Assembly (NCBI GenBank): GCA_041167085.1
Contig: JBEEGV010000028.1
Span: 2,463 to 66,462, forward strand
Direction of reading: 5' to 3'
Origin: Verrucomicrobiota bacterium
GTDB lineage: Bacteria; Verrucomicrobiota; Verrucomicrobiia; Chthoniobacterales; UBA10450
DNA: 64,000 nucleotides
The notes under the pieces were generated by a model. That model searched no databases. It was not told where the DNA came from and was given only the letters and a program-made list of their open reading frames with translations. How positions within the stretch are numbered: position 1 is the stretch's first letter; each line of letters starts with the position of its first letter. The position numbers and the translations under genes were made by a program. Below are positions 54,905 through 63,187 of this stretch, piece after piece.

Positions 54905-55414
54905 ATGAAATCTCATCCATCCGGGAGACGGCCGCGACGTTCGCGCGGCGGCTCTCAGCGAAGAGGCGATCGCCCTTCGCGTTCTCACGATACGCGAGCG
55001 CAAGCTCCCAAAAAGACATTCTGGCAGCGAATCGCGGCCTTTTTCGCTAACGGCAAAAGCGAAAAGAAGCCGGCGACTGCGCCATCACGTAACGGCGTGG
55101 TTCAGCAGGCGCGTCCATCATCGCGCAAGCCGGAAGCAGTCGAAGTCTCCTCTCCGCGTCTTTACGTCGGCAATCTTTCGTTCGACGCGACGGAGAGTGA
55201 TTTGTTTGAACTCTTTAACGGCGTTGGCCATGTTCAAAATGCGGAGGTAGTGAGTTACCGCCATAATCAACGCTCCAAAGGCTTCGCATTTGTCCAAATG
55301 CAGACGATCGACGAGGCAAAGCGTGCCGTGGAGGAGTTGCACGACAAGGAATTTCTCGGCCGAAAATTGGTGGTCAGTGGCGCCAAGACGACGGAGCACC
55401 GTCCGCCCGAATAA
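54905..55414 (+). CDS. RRM-type RNA-binding protein with a long basic N-terminal extension
   Basis: RNP2 LYVGNL and RNP1 KGFAFVQM. N-terminal ~90 aa are rich in R/S/P/K. The ORF is open from 54797, but the ATG at 54905 precedes the basic region. Confidence 0.85.
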   Translation: MKSHPSGRRPRRSRGGSQRRGDRPSRSHDTRAQAPKKTFWQRIAAFFANGKSEKKPATAPSRNGVVQQARPSSRKPEAVEVSSPRLYVGNLSFDATESDLFELFNGVGHVQNAEVVSYRHNQRSKGFAFVQMQTIDEAKRAVEELHDKEFLGRKLVVSGAKTTEHRPPE

Positions 55415-55438
55415 GAACTGTTGTTGTTGGTTTGTGAA

Positions 55439-55475
55439 CCGGGAGATCAGTGTTTCTGATCTCCCGGTTTTTTTT
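55439..55475 (+). terminator. rho-independent terminator of the RRM gene
   Basis: ccgggagatca-gtgtttc-tgatctcccgg followed by T8, 25 nt after the stop codon. Confidence 0.85.
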
Positions 55476-55498
55476 GGTGGATCGACTTCTCCGAAGGC

Positions 55499-55578
55499 GA
55501 TGTTAATTATGGCGGCGAAGCCGGCTATGTTTTTAGCAACGCGCTCGGAGATCGCGTTCCACCTTTCAGGTAGGGACG
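55499..55578 (+). repeat. conserved ~70-nt non-coding element (copy B), followed by a CAGGTAGGGACG motif
   Basis: gatgttaattatggcggcgaagccggctatgtttttagcaacgcgctcggagatcgcgttccacctttcaggtagggacg. Confidence 0.8.
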
Positions 55579-55719
55579 CCTCTCCCCGCTGGGGCGTAGG
55601 CCCCTCTGGGCCGGAGGCGAGGCGTCCTGCTTTGTTTGAACTTTGCGATTAAGCTGGCGGACATCTCGCCTCCCCGCCCAAAGGGGCCTACGTCCAGGCG
55701 GGGAGAGATGTCCCTACCT

Positions 55720-56640
55720 ATGAAAGGCGTGTTTTTTATTGTCGGCCCGACCGCTGTCGGCAAGTCCGGGCTGGCTGCTGACGTCGGTTCGGAAGTGGAT
55801 GGAGAAATTGTCAACGCGGATGCCTTCCAGATTTATGAAGGCTTCGGCATTCTGAGCGCGAAGCCGGACAGGCACACGCTGACGAAAGTTCCTCATCACC
55901 TGATCGGCAGCGTGCCGCCAAGTGAGGAAATGAATGCGGCGAAATTTCGTTCCGCGGCGCTCCGCGCGATAGAAGAGATTCAATCGCGCGGGAGACTGGC
56001 GATCGTGGTCGGGGGCAGCGGACTTTATGTCAAGGCGCTGACGCACGGACTGTCGGATGTGCCTGCGGCAGACGCACAATTACGCGATCAACTAAACACG
56101 CTCAGTTTGGGCGAACTTCGAAATCGCCTGGTGCAACTGGACCCGAAGGCGGCTGAGCAAATCGATCTGAAAAATCGTCGCCGCGTGATCCGCGCGCTCG
56201 AAATTTGTTTGCTGACCGGGCGTCCGGTTTCGATCCAACGTGCGAACTGGGTAGATGTGCCGGGGAGCCCAGCGCCTTCTACCACTGACGGCGTATTTGT
56301 TTTTCGTGACCGCGAGGATCTTCATGCGCGAATTGAACAGCGCGTGGAATCAATGTTCGAAGAGGGTGCCGTTGCCGAAGTGGCGAAAGAGAAAGCAATT
56401 AGCTCCACGGCGGAAAAGATGATTGGCGTTCGCCAGATTAGAGACCATCTGGAAGGCAAACTGCCGCTGGCCGAATGTGTGGCCGCGATCAAACGAGCGA
56501 CTCGACGGTATGCCAAAAGACAGTTGACCTGGTTCCGCCGCCAACCTAATTTTGAACCACTGAATTTAACGGGTCTAAGTCACAAGGAAGCCGGGGAATG
56601 GGTTTCGCGCCGGGCACTCGCTCGTCGCGCCAAGGGATGA
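55720..56640 (+). CDS. miaA: tRNA dimethylallyltransferase
   Basis: P-loop IVGPTAVGKSGLA and typical downstream family sequence (YEGFGILSAKP, HHLIG). Confidence 0.9.
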   Translation: MKGVFFIVGPTAVGKSGLAADVGSEVDGEIVNADAFQIYEGFGILSAKPDRHTLTKVPHHLIGSVPPSEEMNAAKFRSAALRAIEEIQSRGRLAIVVGGSGLYVKALTHGLSDVPAADAQLRDQLNTLSLGELRNRLVQLDPKAAEQIDLKNRRRVIRALEICLLTGRPVSIQRANWVDVPGSPAPSTTDGVFVFRDREDLHARIEQRVESMFEEGAVAEVAKEKAISSTAEKMIGVRQIRDHLEGKLPLAECVAAIKRATRRYAKRQLTWFRRQPNFEPLNLTGLSHKEAGEWVSRRALARRAKG

Positions 56641-57920
56641 TCGAAACGCGCCCGAAAGACCAACAAGAGCGTGCCCTGTTAATCGGCCTCGAAAAGAAAG
56701 GCGTGTCAAAATGGGATTTGCGCGATTCCATGGACGAATTGCGCGAACTGGCCAGCTCGGCCGGCGCGGAAGTGGTCGACACTGTAACCCAGAAGCTGCA
56801 GAAGCCGACGGCTCCCTACTACATTGGCAAGGGTAAGGCGGAATCGATCAAAGACTCAATCCAGGAGCGACGCGTAACTTCGATTATTTTCGATGACGAA
56901 CTTTCTCCCGCGCAAGGGCGCAATCTCGAGAACCTGCTTGCGCGCAAGGTGCTTGATCGCACCCAGCTGATACTCGACATCTTTGCCCAGCGCGCGCGAA
57001 GTCGTGAAGGCCGGCTGCAGATCGAGCTGGCGCAGTTGCAATATCTGTTGCCGCGCCTGACGCGAATGTGGCACCACCTTTCCCGCCAGACCGGCGGAAT
57101 CGGGACGCGCGGCCCCGGTGAAACGCAATTGGAAGTGGATCGCCGTCGGGTGCAGGAACGGATTGCGCGTCTGGAACGCGAATTAAAGGCGGTGCGCAAA
57201 ACGCGGGCTGTCCAGCGACAGGGAAGAAAGCGTCATCAATGGCCGGTTGCAGCCGTGGTCGGTTACACCAATGCCGGTAAATCCACGCTGTTGAACCTGC
57301 TCACCGGAGCGGATGTTGTGACGGAAAACAGACTATTCGCCACGCTGGACCCCACGACTCGCAGTTTCACGCTGCCGAACAAGCAACGATTACTCCTCAC
57401 TGATACGGTCGGATTCCTGCGAAAACTTCCTCACACCCTGATCGAATCATTCAAAGCTACTTTGGAGGAAGTGAATGAAGCCGATTTGCTGATTCACGTG
57501 GTCGATTTGACTCATCCTCGAATCGACGAGCACATGGCGGCGGTGGACTCGGTCATCAAGGAGTTGGATGCTTTCGGCAAACAAACGCTGATCGTGTTCA
57601 ACAAGGTCGACGCTTTGCAGAATCGCGAACTGAGCGAATCATATACCAGGAGATTCCTGGGAAGCGTCGCAATCTCCGCGCATTCCGGCGAGGGCGTTAA
57701 TAATCTGGTTGTGGCGCTCCAGGAAGCGCTCGGTTCCTGGCGGTTGCGTTCACGTTTTTGCATTCCGCAGAACGAATCGGCGCTCATCGCCGAAATTCAT
57801 CGCGTGGGGCATATTCTCGAGCTGCATTACGAGGGCGACGATGTCCTCATCGTGGCGAATGTTCCTCCGCATCTTGAAGCCAAGCTGGGGCAGTATTCCC
57901 AGGAGCGAACACGCGAGTAA
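56637..57920 (+). CDS. hflX: GTPase HflX
   Basis: G1 GYTNAGKSTLLN, G3 DTVGF, G4 NKVD. HflX N-terminal domain (YYIGKGKAE, LSPAQGRNLE). ATGA overlap with miaA. Confidence 0.9.
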   Translation: MIETRPKDQQERALLIGLEKKGVSKWDLRDSMDELRELASSAGAEVVDTVTQKLQKPTAPYYIGKGKAESIKDSIQERRVTSIIFDDELSPAQGRNLENLLARKVLDRTQLILDIFAQRARSREGRLQIELAQLQYLLPRLTRMWHHLSRQTGGIGTRGPGETQLEVDRRRVQERIARLERELKAVRKTRAVQRQGRKRHQWPVAAVVGYTNAGKSTLLNLLTGADVVTENRLFATLDPTTRSFTLPNKQRLLLTDTVGFLRKLPHTLIESFKATLEEVNEADLLIHVVDLTHPRIDEHMAAVDSVIKELDAFGKQTLIVFNKVDALQNRELSESYTRRFLGSVAISAHSGEGVNNLVVALQEALGSWRLRSRFCIPQNESALIAEIHRVGHILELHYEGDDVLIVANVPPHLEAKLGQYSQERTRE

Positions 57921-57947
57921 AGCGTCTGGCGGGCGCCGTATCACTGA

Positions 57948-58214
57948 ATGACACGATGGCAACGAATTTTGCGTCGGACCGGTCTCGATCAGGTCAGTCC
58001 GGTGATTCGCAAAACGGTAGTCGGCGTCATCGGAATAACCGTCGTCCTCCTGGGTTTGGTGTTAATCTTCCTGCCCGGGCCCGGCTTACTCGTCATCGTG
58101 ATTGGCCTTGGTATCCTGGCGACGGAATTTGTCTGGGCTCGCCGGTTGATCACACGTGGGCGCGAGGTCGCGAAGAAGGTCGGACGCAGCATGAAAGGTA
58201 CGGTCAAACAATGA
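57948..58214 (+). CDS. PGPGW-domain small membrane protein
   Basis: FLPGPGLLVIVIGLGILATEFVWARR. Confidence 0.65.
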   Translation: MTRWQRILRRTGLDQVSPVIRKTVVGVIGITVVLLGLVLIFLPGPGLLVIVIGLGILATEFVWARRLITRGREVAKKVGRSMKGTVKQ

Positions 58215-58334
58215 CCGTTCGCCGTCGCCCACGCCGTAAGGTTGATTGCGCCGTTTCGCGGACGTTTCGGGGAACGTCCCTACTTGAAATTATCAACGAT
58301 TGGCGATCTTGTCTGGTTGCGGCAAGATTGAGTG

Positions 58335-59012
58335 ATGACGACTCGTGAACGCGCCGCCGAACTCGTCCGGTTGCTTCCGGATGTCTATCCGGGCGCGCAT
58401 TGCGAACTGGATTTCAAGAATCCACTTCAGCTCCTGATCGCAACCATTCTTTCCGCGCAATGCACCGATAAACGGGTCAACATGGTGACGCCGGCTCTGT
58501 TCAAGAAGTACCCGCGCGCGGTTGATTACGCTAAAGCGTCGCCGGCGGACTTGGAAAAGGCGATCCAATCGACCGGTTTTTTTCGAAACAAAGCGAAGAG
58601 CATTCGCGGTGCGGCATCGGTCATAGTGGAAAAGTTTGGCGGCCACGTGCCGGATACGATGGAACAATTGCGGGAGCTGCCGGGCGTTGGCCGAAAAACT
58701 GCGAACGTCGTTCTGGGTAATGCTTTTCATAAGGACGAAGGCATTGTCGTGGACACGCACGTGATGCGAGTGTCGCAACGTCTTCGTCTTACCCGCCAGG
58801 ACGACCCGGAAAAGATCGAACAGGATTTAATGAAGCTGGTGCCGAGAAAGCATTGGACGAACTGGAGTCACTGGCTGATCTGGCACGGCCGCCGCCGCTG
58901 TTTCGCACGCAAACCCGATTGCTCGCAGTGCGAGATTTTCCGGCTGTGTCCCAGCGGGAAGATTTTCCTTCGCACCGGAGAAGCACGAACACCGGCGGAA
59001 GTGCAGGCTTAA
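58335..59012 (+). CDS. nth: endonuclease III
   Basis: HhH-GPD LPGVGRKTANVVL. FeS cluster loop CFARKPDCSQCEIFRLC (C-x6-C-x2-C-x5-C). Confidence 0.9.
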   Translation: MTTRERAAELVRLLPDVYPGAHCELDFKNPLQLLIATILSAQCTDKRVNMVTPALFKKYPRAVDYAKASPADLEKAIQSTGFFRNKAKSIRGAASVIVEKFGGHVPDTMEQLRELPGVGRKTANVVLGNAFHKDEGIVVDTHVMRVSQRLRLTRQDDPEKIEQDLMKLVPRKHWTNWSHWLIWHGRRRCFARKPDCSQCEIFRLCPSGKIFLRTGEARTPAEVQA

Positions 59013-59455
59013 CGAGTACTGGCGGATTCGACGTCCGGTAAGGAGCCGGCGACGCGCTTCGCTTTTTTGTGGATGCGAGTGAATTCGTTCTCGAGTTTGT
59101 TCAGTTCATCATCAGACAGCTTCTCAAGATCAACCAGGTGGTCGCGTGCTCCTTTAAGGGCGCGAATGAGCTCGTCGAGCTTCAGATGAACGGCTTTCGC
59201 GTCCCGGTTTTGAGTGTTCTGAATCAGGAACACCATTAAAAATGTCACGATGGTCGTGCCCGTGTTGATGATCAGCTGCCAGGTATCGGAAAAATGAAAC
59301 ATCGGCCCGGTGAGTCCCCACACGAGGATAACGAGCAACGCGAGAATGAACGCCCACGGCGTCCCAAGCACACTGGAAGATTGTCGCGAGAAAACATGAA
59401 ACGCCTCCCGGATGCGACAAAAGAACGTTGGAGATGTCTCCTTGTTGTTTGGCAT
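59009..59455 (-). CDS. low-affinity iron permease (Fet4-like, PF04120-type) family protein
   Basis: TWQLIINTGTTIVTFLMVFLIQNTQNRDAKAVHLKLDELIRA. Confidence 0.7.
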   Translation of the reverse strand: MPNNKETSPTFFCRIREAFHVFSRQSSSVLGTPWAFILALLVILVWGLTGPMFHFSDTWQLIINTGTTIVTFLMVFLIQNTQNRDAKAVHLKLDELIRALKGARDHLVDLEKLSDDELNKLENEFTRIHKKAKRVAGSLPDVESASTR

Positions 59456-59594
59456 AATTAAAAAATAATATCCGCTTTTTGTAGTTTTTCGCAGCCGGGG
59501 CTCAAACTGCGTGCATCCAATCGCTTAAGCCACGCTTACGCGATATGAGACCCGGATTGATTTTTTCGACGATTTAAGGAAGACTGCCCAGTTC

Positions 59595-61526
59595 ATGCAG
59601 CTCGTTTCTGCCTTTTCACGTCCACAAACTGTCCCGGCTGTACCGATCGCGGCGCCAAAGAAAACCTTGTGGATTCTCAGCAGCTGGCGCGACCTGATTC
59701 TCTACGTCGGTACCCCGCTCTTAATCATCCCGCTCTTCGCGGTCGCCCAGTCACGATGGAGCGCACAGGACATTTATCTCTTCGTCGCCGCCTTCGGCGC
59801 CACCGGGCATCATTTGCCCGGAATGATCCGGGCCTACGGGGATCGCGCTCTGTTCGAGCGATTTCGCTGGCGATTTATTCTCGCGCCGATTTTTCTGGCA
59901 GGGGTCTGTATCGCTTTTACCTGGTGGGACCTGAAGGGCATCGTTCTCGTCGTGTTCTTTTGGGGCGTCTGGCACGGCATGATGCAGACCTATGGGTTCT
60001 GCCGGATTTACGACGCGAAAGCCGGCTCGTTTGCGGCGCTCACTCGCCGGCTCGACTTCGCTACCTGCGCAACGTGGTTTGCGGCCGCAGTGCTTCTCTC
60101 CTCGCAGCGAATGACGGACACGCTCGAGACCTATTACGCCAGTGGCGGCCCTTTCATTCCTCCGTGGGTTTTGCAAAATGGCCAGCAAATCGTTCTCGTC
60201 GTGGCGGTCGGGATTACCATTTTATTCCTCGCGAATTTTGCCCGGCTCTGGCTGGCCGGAAAGCGCCCCAATCCGGTGAAGCTGGCGCTGCTTGGGACGA
60301 GCATCTGTTTCTGGTGGTACTGCAACAACTGGGTCACAAACGTTCTTGCTGGAATCGCGCTCTTCGAAGTCTTTCATGACGTGCAGTACCTTTCTTTGGT
60401 TTGGATTTACAATCGGAATCGGGTTGAGAAAGACAGCTCGATCGGTGGATTCATGCGCTTCGTCTTCCGGCGCAGCGGTGCGCTGGTGGGCCTCTATATC
60501 GGGCTGGTCTTTGCCTACGGTTCGCTCGGCTACCTCAAGGACGTGCAAATTGAGACCGTTAAGCGCGCCCTAACCGGCCTGGTCGCCGCCTCCGGCCTGC
60601 TGCACTTTTACTATGACGGGTTTATTTGGAAGGTGCGCGAACGGGCCACTCGCGAAAGTCTTGGACTAACCGGCGGAAGTGCTGCTGCCGCAACGACGAT
60701 GCAGTTTCTTCCGAGCTGGGCTTTGCACGGACTCAAATGGGTCGCGATCTTTGTCATCCCTCTGGGTGCGTTGTTCCTCGGCCAAACGCGGAGCAAGACG
60801 CCCGAGTCAGAACGCCAGGCGCTGGTGGTCTCTGATCTGCCCAATAGTGCGCGCGCCCGCGTGAAATATGGCGTGACGTTGCAGGAGGCCAATCGCCTGG
60901 ATGCGGCCGCTGATCAGGCCCGAGCAGCGCTCCTTCTCGACCGCAATGTCGACGGAGCGCACTACCTGCTCGGAGCAGTTCTCGTCGATCAATCCAAATT
61001 CGAAGAAGCCACTCCGCATTTGGAAGAGGCTCTGCGCCAGGAACAGCGCAACGCGGATCTGCATTTTGATTACGGCTTTGCCCTCGAGCATCTGGGGCGG
61101 AAAGAGGAAGCGACAGCCGAGTTCGAGACGGCCAAGCGCCTGGGCGCGAAATCAGGGCGGTTCCATTTCAACATGGCCAAGACCCTGATGGAGAACGGCA
61201 AGATCGATCAGGCGATCTCAGAATTTCAGACCGCGATAAAGTACAGACCGAATTCTCCGGAGGCGCATTACTATTTAGGCAGGGCATTCTTCACCAAAGG
61301 AGACCTGGAAGGCGCCAAGACACAATATCTGGAGACTGCGCGCCTCGATCCAGCAGCGCCGGTACACAATAGTTTGGGTGTGATTTACATGCGGCTGGGG
61401 CAGGTTCCTGAAGCAATTGCTCAGTTCAACGAAGCGCTTCACCAGAATCCGCAGGACCAGGCTGCTGCGGAGAATCTCCGTTTTGTTCGTGCCGGTGGCA
61501 GGCCGGGAATCTCGACGCCGCGCTGA
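59595..61526 (+). CDS. polytopic membrane protein with conserved His motifs fused to C-terminal TPR repeats
   Basis: About 10 TMs with GHHLPG, WHGMMQTYGF, FEVFHDVQY, LLHFYYDGFIWK. C-terminal ~200 aa carry 5 or so TPRs. Confidence 0.7.
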   Translation: MQLVSAFSRPQTVPAVPIAAPKKTLWILSSWRDLILYVGTPLLIIPLFAVAQSRWSAQDIYLFVAAFGATGHHLPGMIRAYGDRALFERFRWRFILAPIFLAGVCIAFTWWDLKGIVLVVFFWGVWHGMMQTYGFCRIYDAKAGSFAALTRRLDFATCATWFAAAVLLSSQRMTDTLETYYASGGPFIPPWVLQNGQQIVLVVAVGITILFLANFARLWLAGKRPNPVKLALLGTSICFWWYCNNWVTNVLAGIALFEVFHDVQYLSLVWIYNRNRVEKDSSIGGFMRFVFRRSGALVGLYIGLVFAYGSLGYLKDVQIETVKRALTGLVAASGLLHFYYDGFIWKVRERATRESLGLTGGSAAAATTMQFLPSWALHGLKWVAIFVIPLGALFLGQTRSKTPESERQALVVSDLPNSARARVKYGVTLQEANRLDAAADQARAALLLDRNVDGAHYLLGAVLVDQSKFEEATPHLEEALRQEQRNADLHFDYGFALEHLGRKEEATAEFETAKRLGAKSGRFHFNMAKTLMENGKIDQAISEFQTAIKYRPNSPEAHYYLGRAFFTKGDLEGAKTQYLETARLDPAAPVHNSLGVIYMRLGQVPEAIAQFNEALHQNPQDQAAAENLRFVRAGGRPGISTPR

Positions 61527-61528
61527 AA

Positions 61529-62371
61529 TTGTTGCCGCCTGCGCTGCATATCGATCTCGACGGCGCCTGGAATAGCCAGGCTCTTCCTTTTGCCACGCTG
61601 GACGCAACGAGGTGGGGCCCGGCGTTGCGATTTTCCGCGCCGTCGCCGTTGATCGAAAAATTCGATAGCGAATTTCGCTCGCGGCTCGCGCCGTTCTTAC
61701 TTTACGGCTCAGGAGACTTTCATCATCTGACTGCGATCTGGCTCCGTCGGATAACCGAACCTTGCATGGTAGTTTCTTTCGATAACCATCCGGACTGGGC
61801 CGTGACACCGCCCAAATGGTGCTGTGGAGGATGGGTGAACCGGGCACTCGATCTCGCGCCGGTTCAGCGGATCAGCGTCTGGGGCTGCGGGAATTCCGAA
61901 TGCTGGTGGCCGCAACAAATCTTCGGGAATCGCCGCGCCGAACGGCAAGGACGCCTCGAGGTCCATCCCTGGGCGGATGAACGCTCAGTAAAGGATCACG
62001 GACGGCGCGGCGCGATCGTGAGGGATAATTGGAGAACTCGTTTCGAGCAGTTCGTCGACGGTATCCGCGGCACACCCGTCTACGTGACAATCGATCTCGA
62101 TTGCCTGGAGAACTCTGAGGCGATCACAAATTGGGAAAGCGGCCGATTTCACGCGGCCGATTTGGTCTGGGCTTTAAACATTCTGCGCGCGGCCTGCCCC
62201 ATCATCGCGGGAGATATTTGCGGGGCCTTTTCCACGCCGTCTTACGCACGTTGGCAACAGCGATTCGCTTCCGAAATGGACCATCCAAAAATGGTGCCGC
62301 CTTCCCATGACGAAGTTGAACGAACTAATTTCGCTGCGCTGGAGCGACTTTGGCCTGCCCTAGCTCAGTGA
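61529..62371 (+). CDS. arginase/ureohydrolase-fold-like protein, tentative
   Basis: GSGDFHHLT, VSFDNHPDW and YVTIDLDCLE loosely match the GGDHS / DAHxD / DxDxxD metal motifs of the arginase family. TTG start, 2 nt after the upstream stop. Confidence 0.4.
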   Translation: MLPPALHIDLDGAWNSQALPFATLDATRWGPALRFSAPSPLIEKFDSEFRSRLAPFLLYGSGDFHHLTAIWLRRITEPCMVVSFDNHPDWAVTPPKWCCGGWVNRALDLAPVQRISVWGCGNSECWWPQQIFGNRRAERQGRLEVHPWADERSVKDHGRRGAIVRDNWRTRFEQFVDGIRGTPVYVTIDLDCLENSEAITNWESGRFHAADLVWALNILRAACPIIAGDICGAFSTPSYARWQQRFASEMDHPKMVPPSHDEVERTNFAALERLWPALAQ

Positions 62372-62701
62372 GACTAACGCCACTCCGGCGCTGATCAAAA
62401 GCGCGCCGGCGATTAATTGCAGGGTCAGCTTTTCTTTGAGCAGAATACCACCCATCACCGCGATGATGATGACGCTTAATCCCTGGAATGGATAAATGTA
62501 GCTCAGATCAAAGCGTTGCAGAAGACCGAGGGTAAGAAAAAAGGATACGGTCATCGAGGCGATGCCCAGTCCGAAGAACGTGGCGAATTTTCGGCCGAAT
62601 CCCGACCGGTGCGAAGTTTCCATCGCATGTTTGAATAAAAGCTGGCCGAAGACGAACGTGATCAGAGAGCACAGAATGAGCAGCAACGGAAACGTGTTCA
62701 T
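62360..62701 (-). CDS. small EamA/SMR-like 4-TM protein (ArnE/ArnF-like), second of a pair
   Basis: ~113 aa with four hydrophobic segments. ATGA overlap with the upstream partner. Confidence 0.55.
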   Translation of the reverse strand: MNTFPLLLILCSLITFVFGQLLFKHAMETSHRSGFGRKFATFFGLGIASMTVSFFLTLGLLQRFDLSYIYPFQGLSVIIIAVMGGILLKEKLTLQLIAGALLISAGVALVSLS

Positions 62702-63099
62702 AGCTTCTCTTCGATGCGCGCAAACGGCTTTGCGACCATAACCAGGCCGATGAGGACAAGTGCAATGCCGCACCAGCGCCTCGTTGAGATCAGTTCACCC
62801 AGAAAAATCCGCGACCCCAGTGGCACAAGCACGTGCACCACATTGGAGAGAGGGAACGCAATCGAAAGTGGCACCTGACGTAAAATATGAAGCCAGCTGA
62901 ACAGGCTGAGAATAACGCAGGCGATTCCGACCCATGTCCAGCCGGAATGCAATCCAGTCAGCCCCGTCCAGTTCCAGGAAGTGCTTAGATGGGCCGTGTC
63001 GCGCGCTCCCAGTTTTAGAAAAATCTCCGAAGCGGTGACGACAAGAGCGTTAAGGCCAATCTGCAGCAATGGATTATTCAGCCAGCGTGCTAGAGGCAT
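62698..63099 (-). CDS. small EamA/SMR-like 4-TM protein (ArnE/ArnF-like), first of a pair
   Basis: 133 aa with four hydrophobic segments. Confidence 0.55.
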   Translation of the reverse strand: MPLARWLNNPLLQIGLNALVVTASEIFLKLGARDTAHLSTSWNWTGLTGLHSGWTWVGIACVILSLFSWLHILRQVPLSIAFPLSNVVHVLVPLGSRIFLGELISTRRWCGIALVLIGLVMVAKPFARIEEKL

Positions 63100-63187
63100 T
63101 CAGCTTTTTGCATGCGGAGCGTGATCGCGCAAGATCCACCATCCGGTTGAATCCAAGGACTATTGCTTGGCCAGACGGACGTCACGA

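Noticed and set aside
54550-55050. 166-aa plus-strand ORF upstream of and overlapping the RRM gene
   Set aside because: It is Arg/Ser/Cys-rich with no motif, and it overlaps the better-supported RRM ORF in another frame. The region is more likely untranslated leader.
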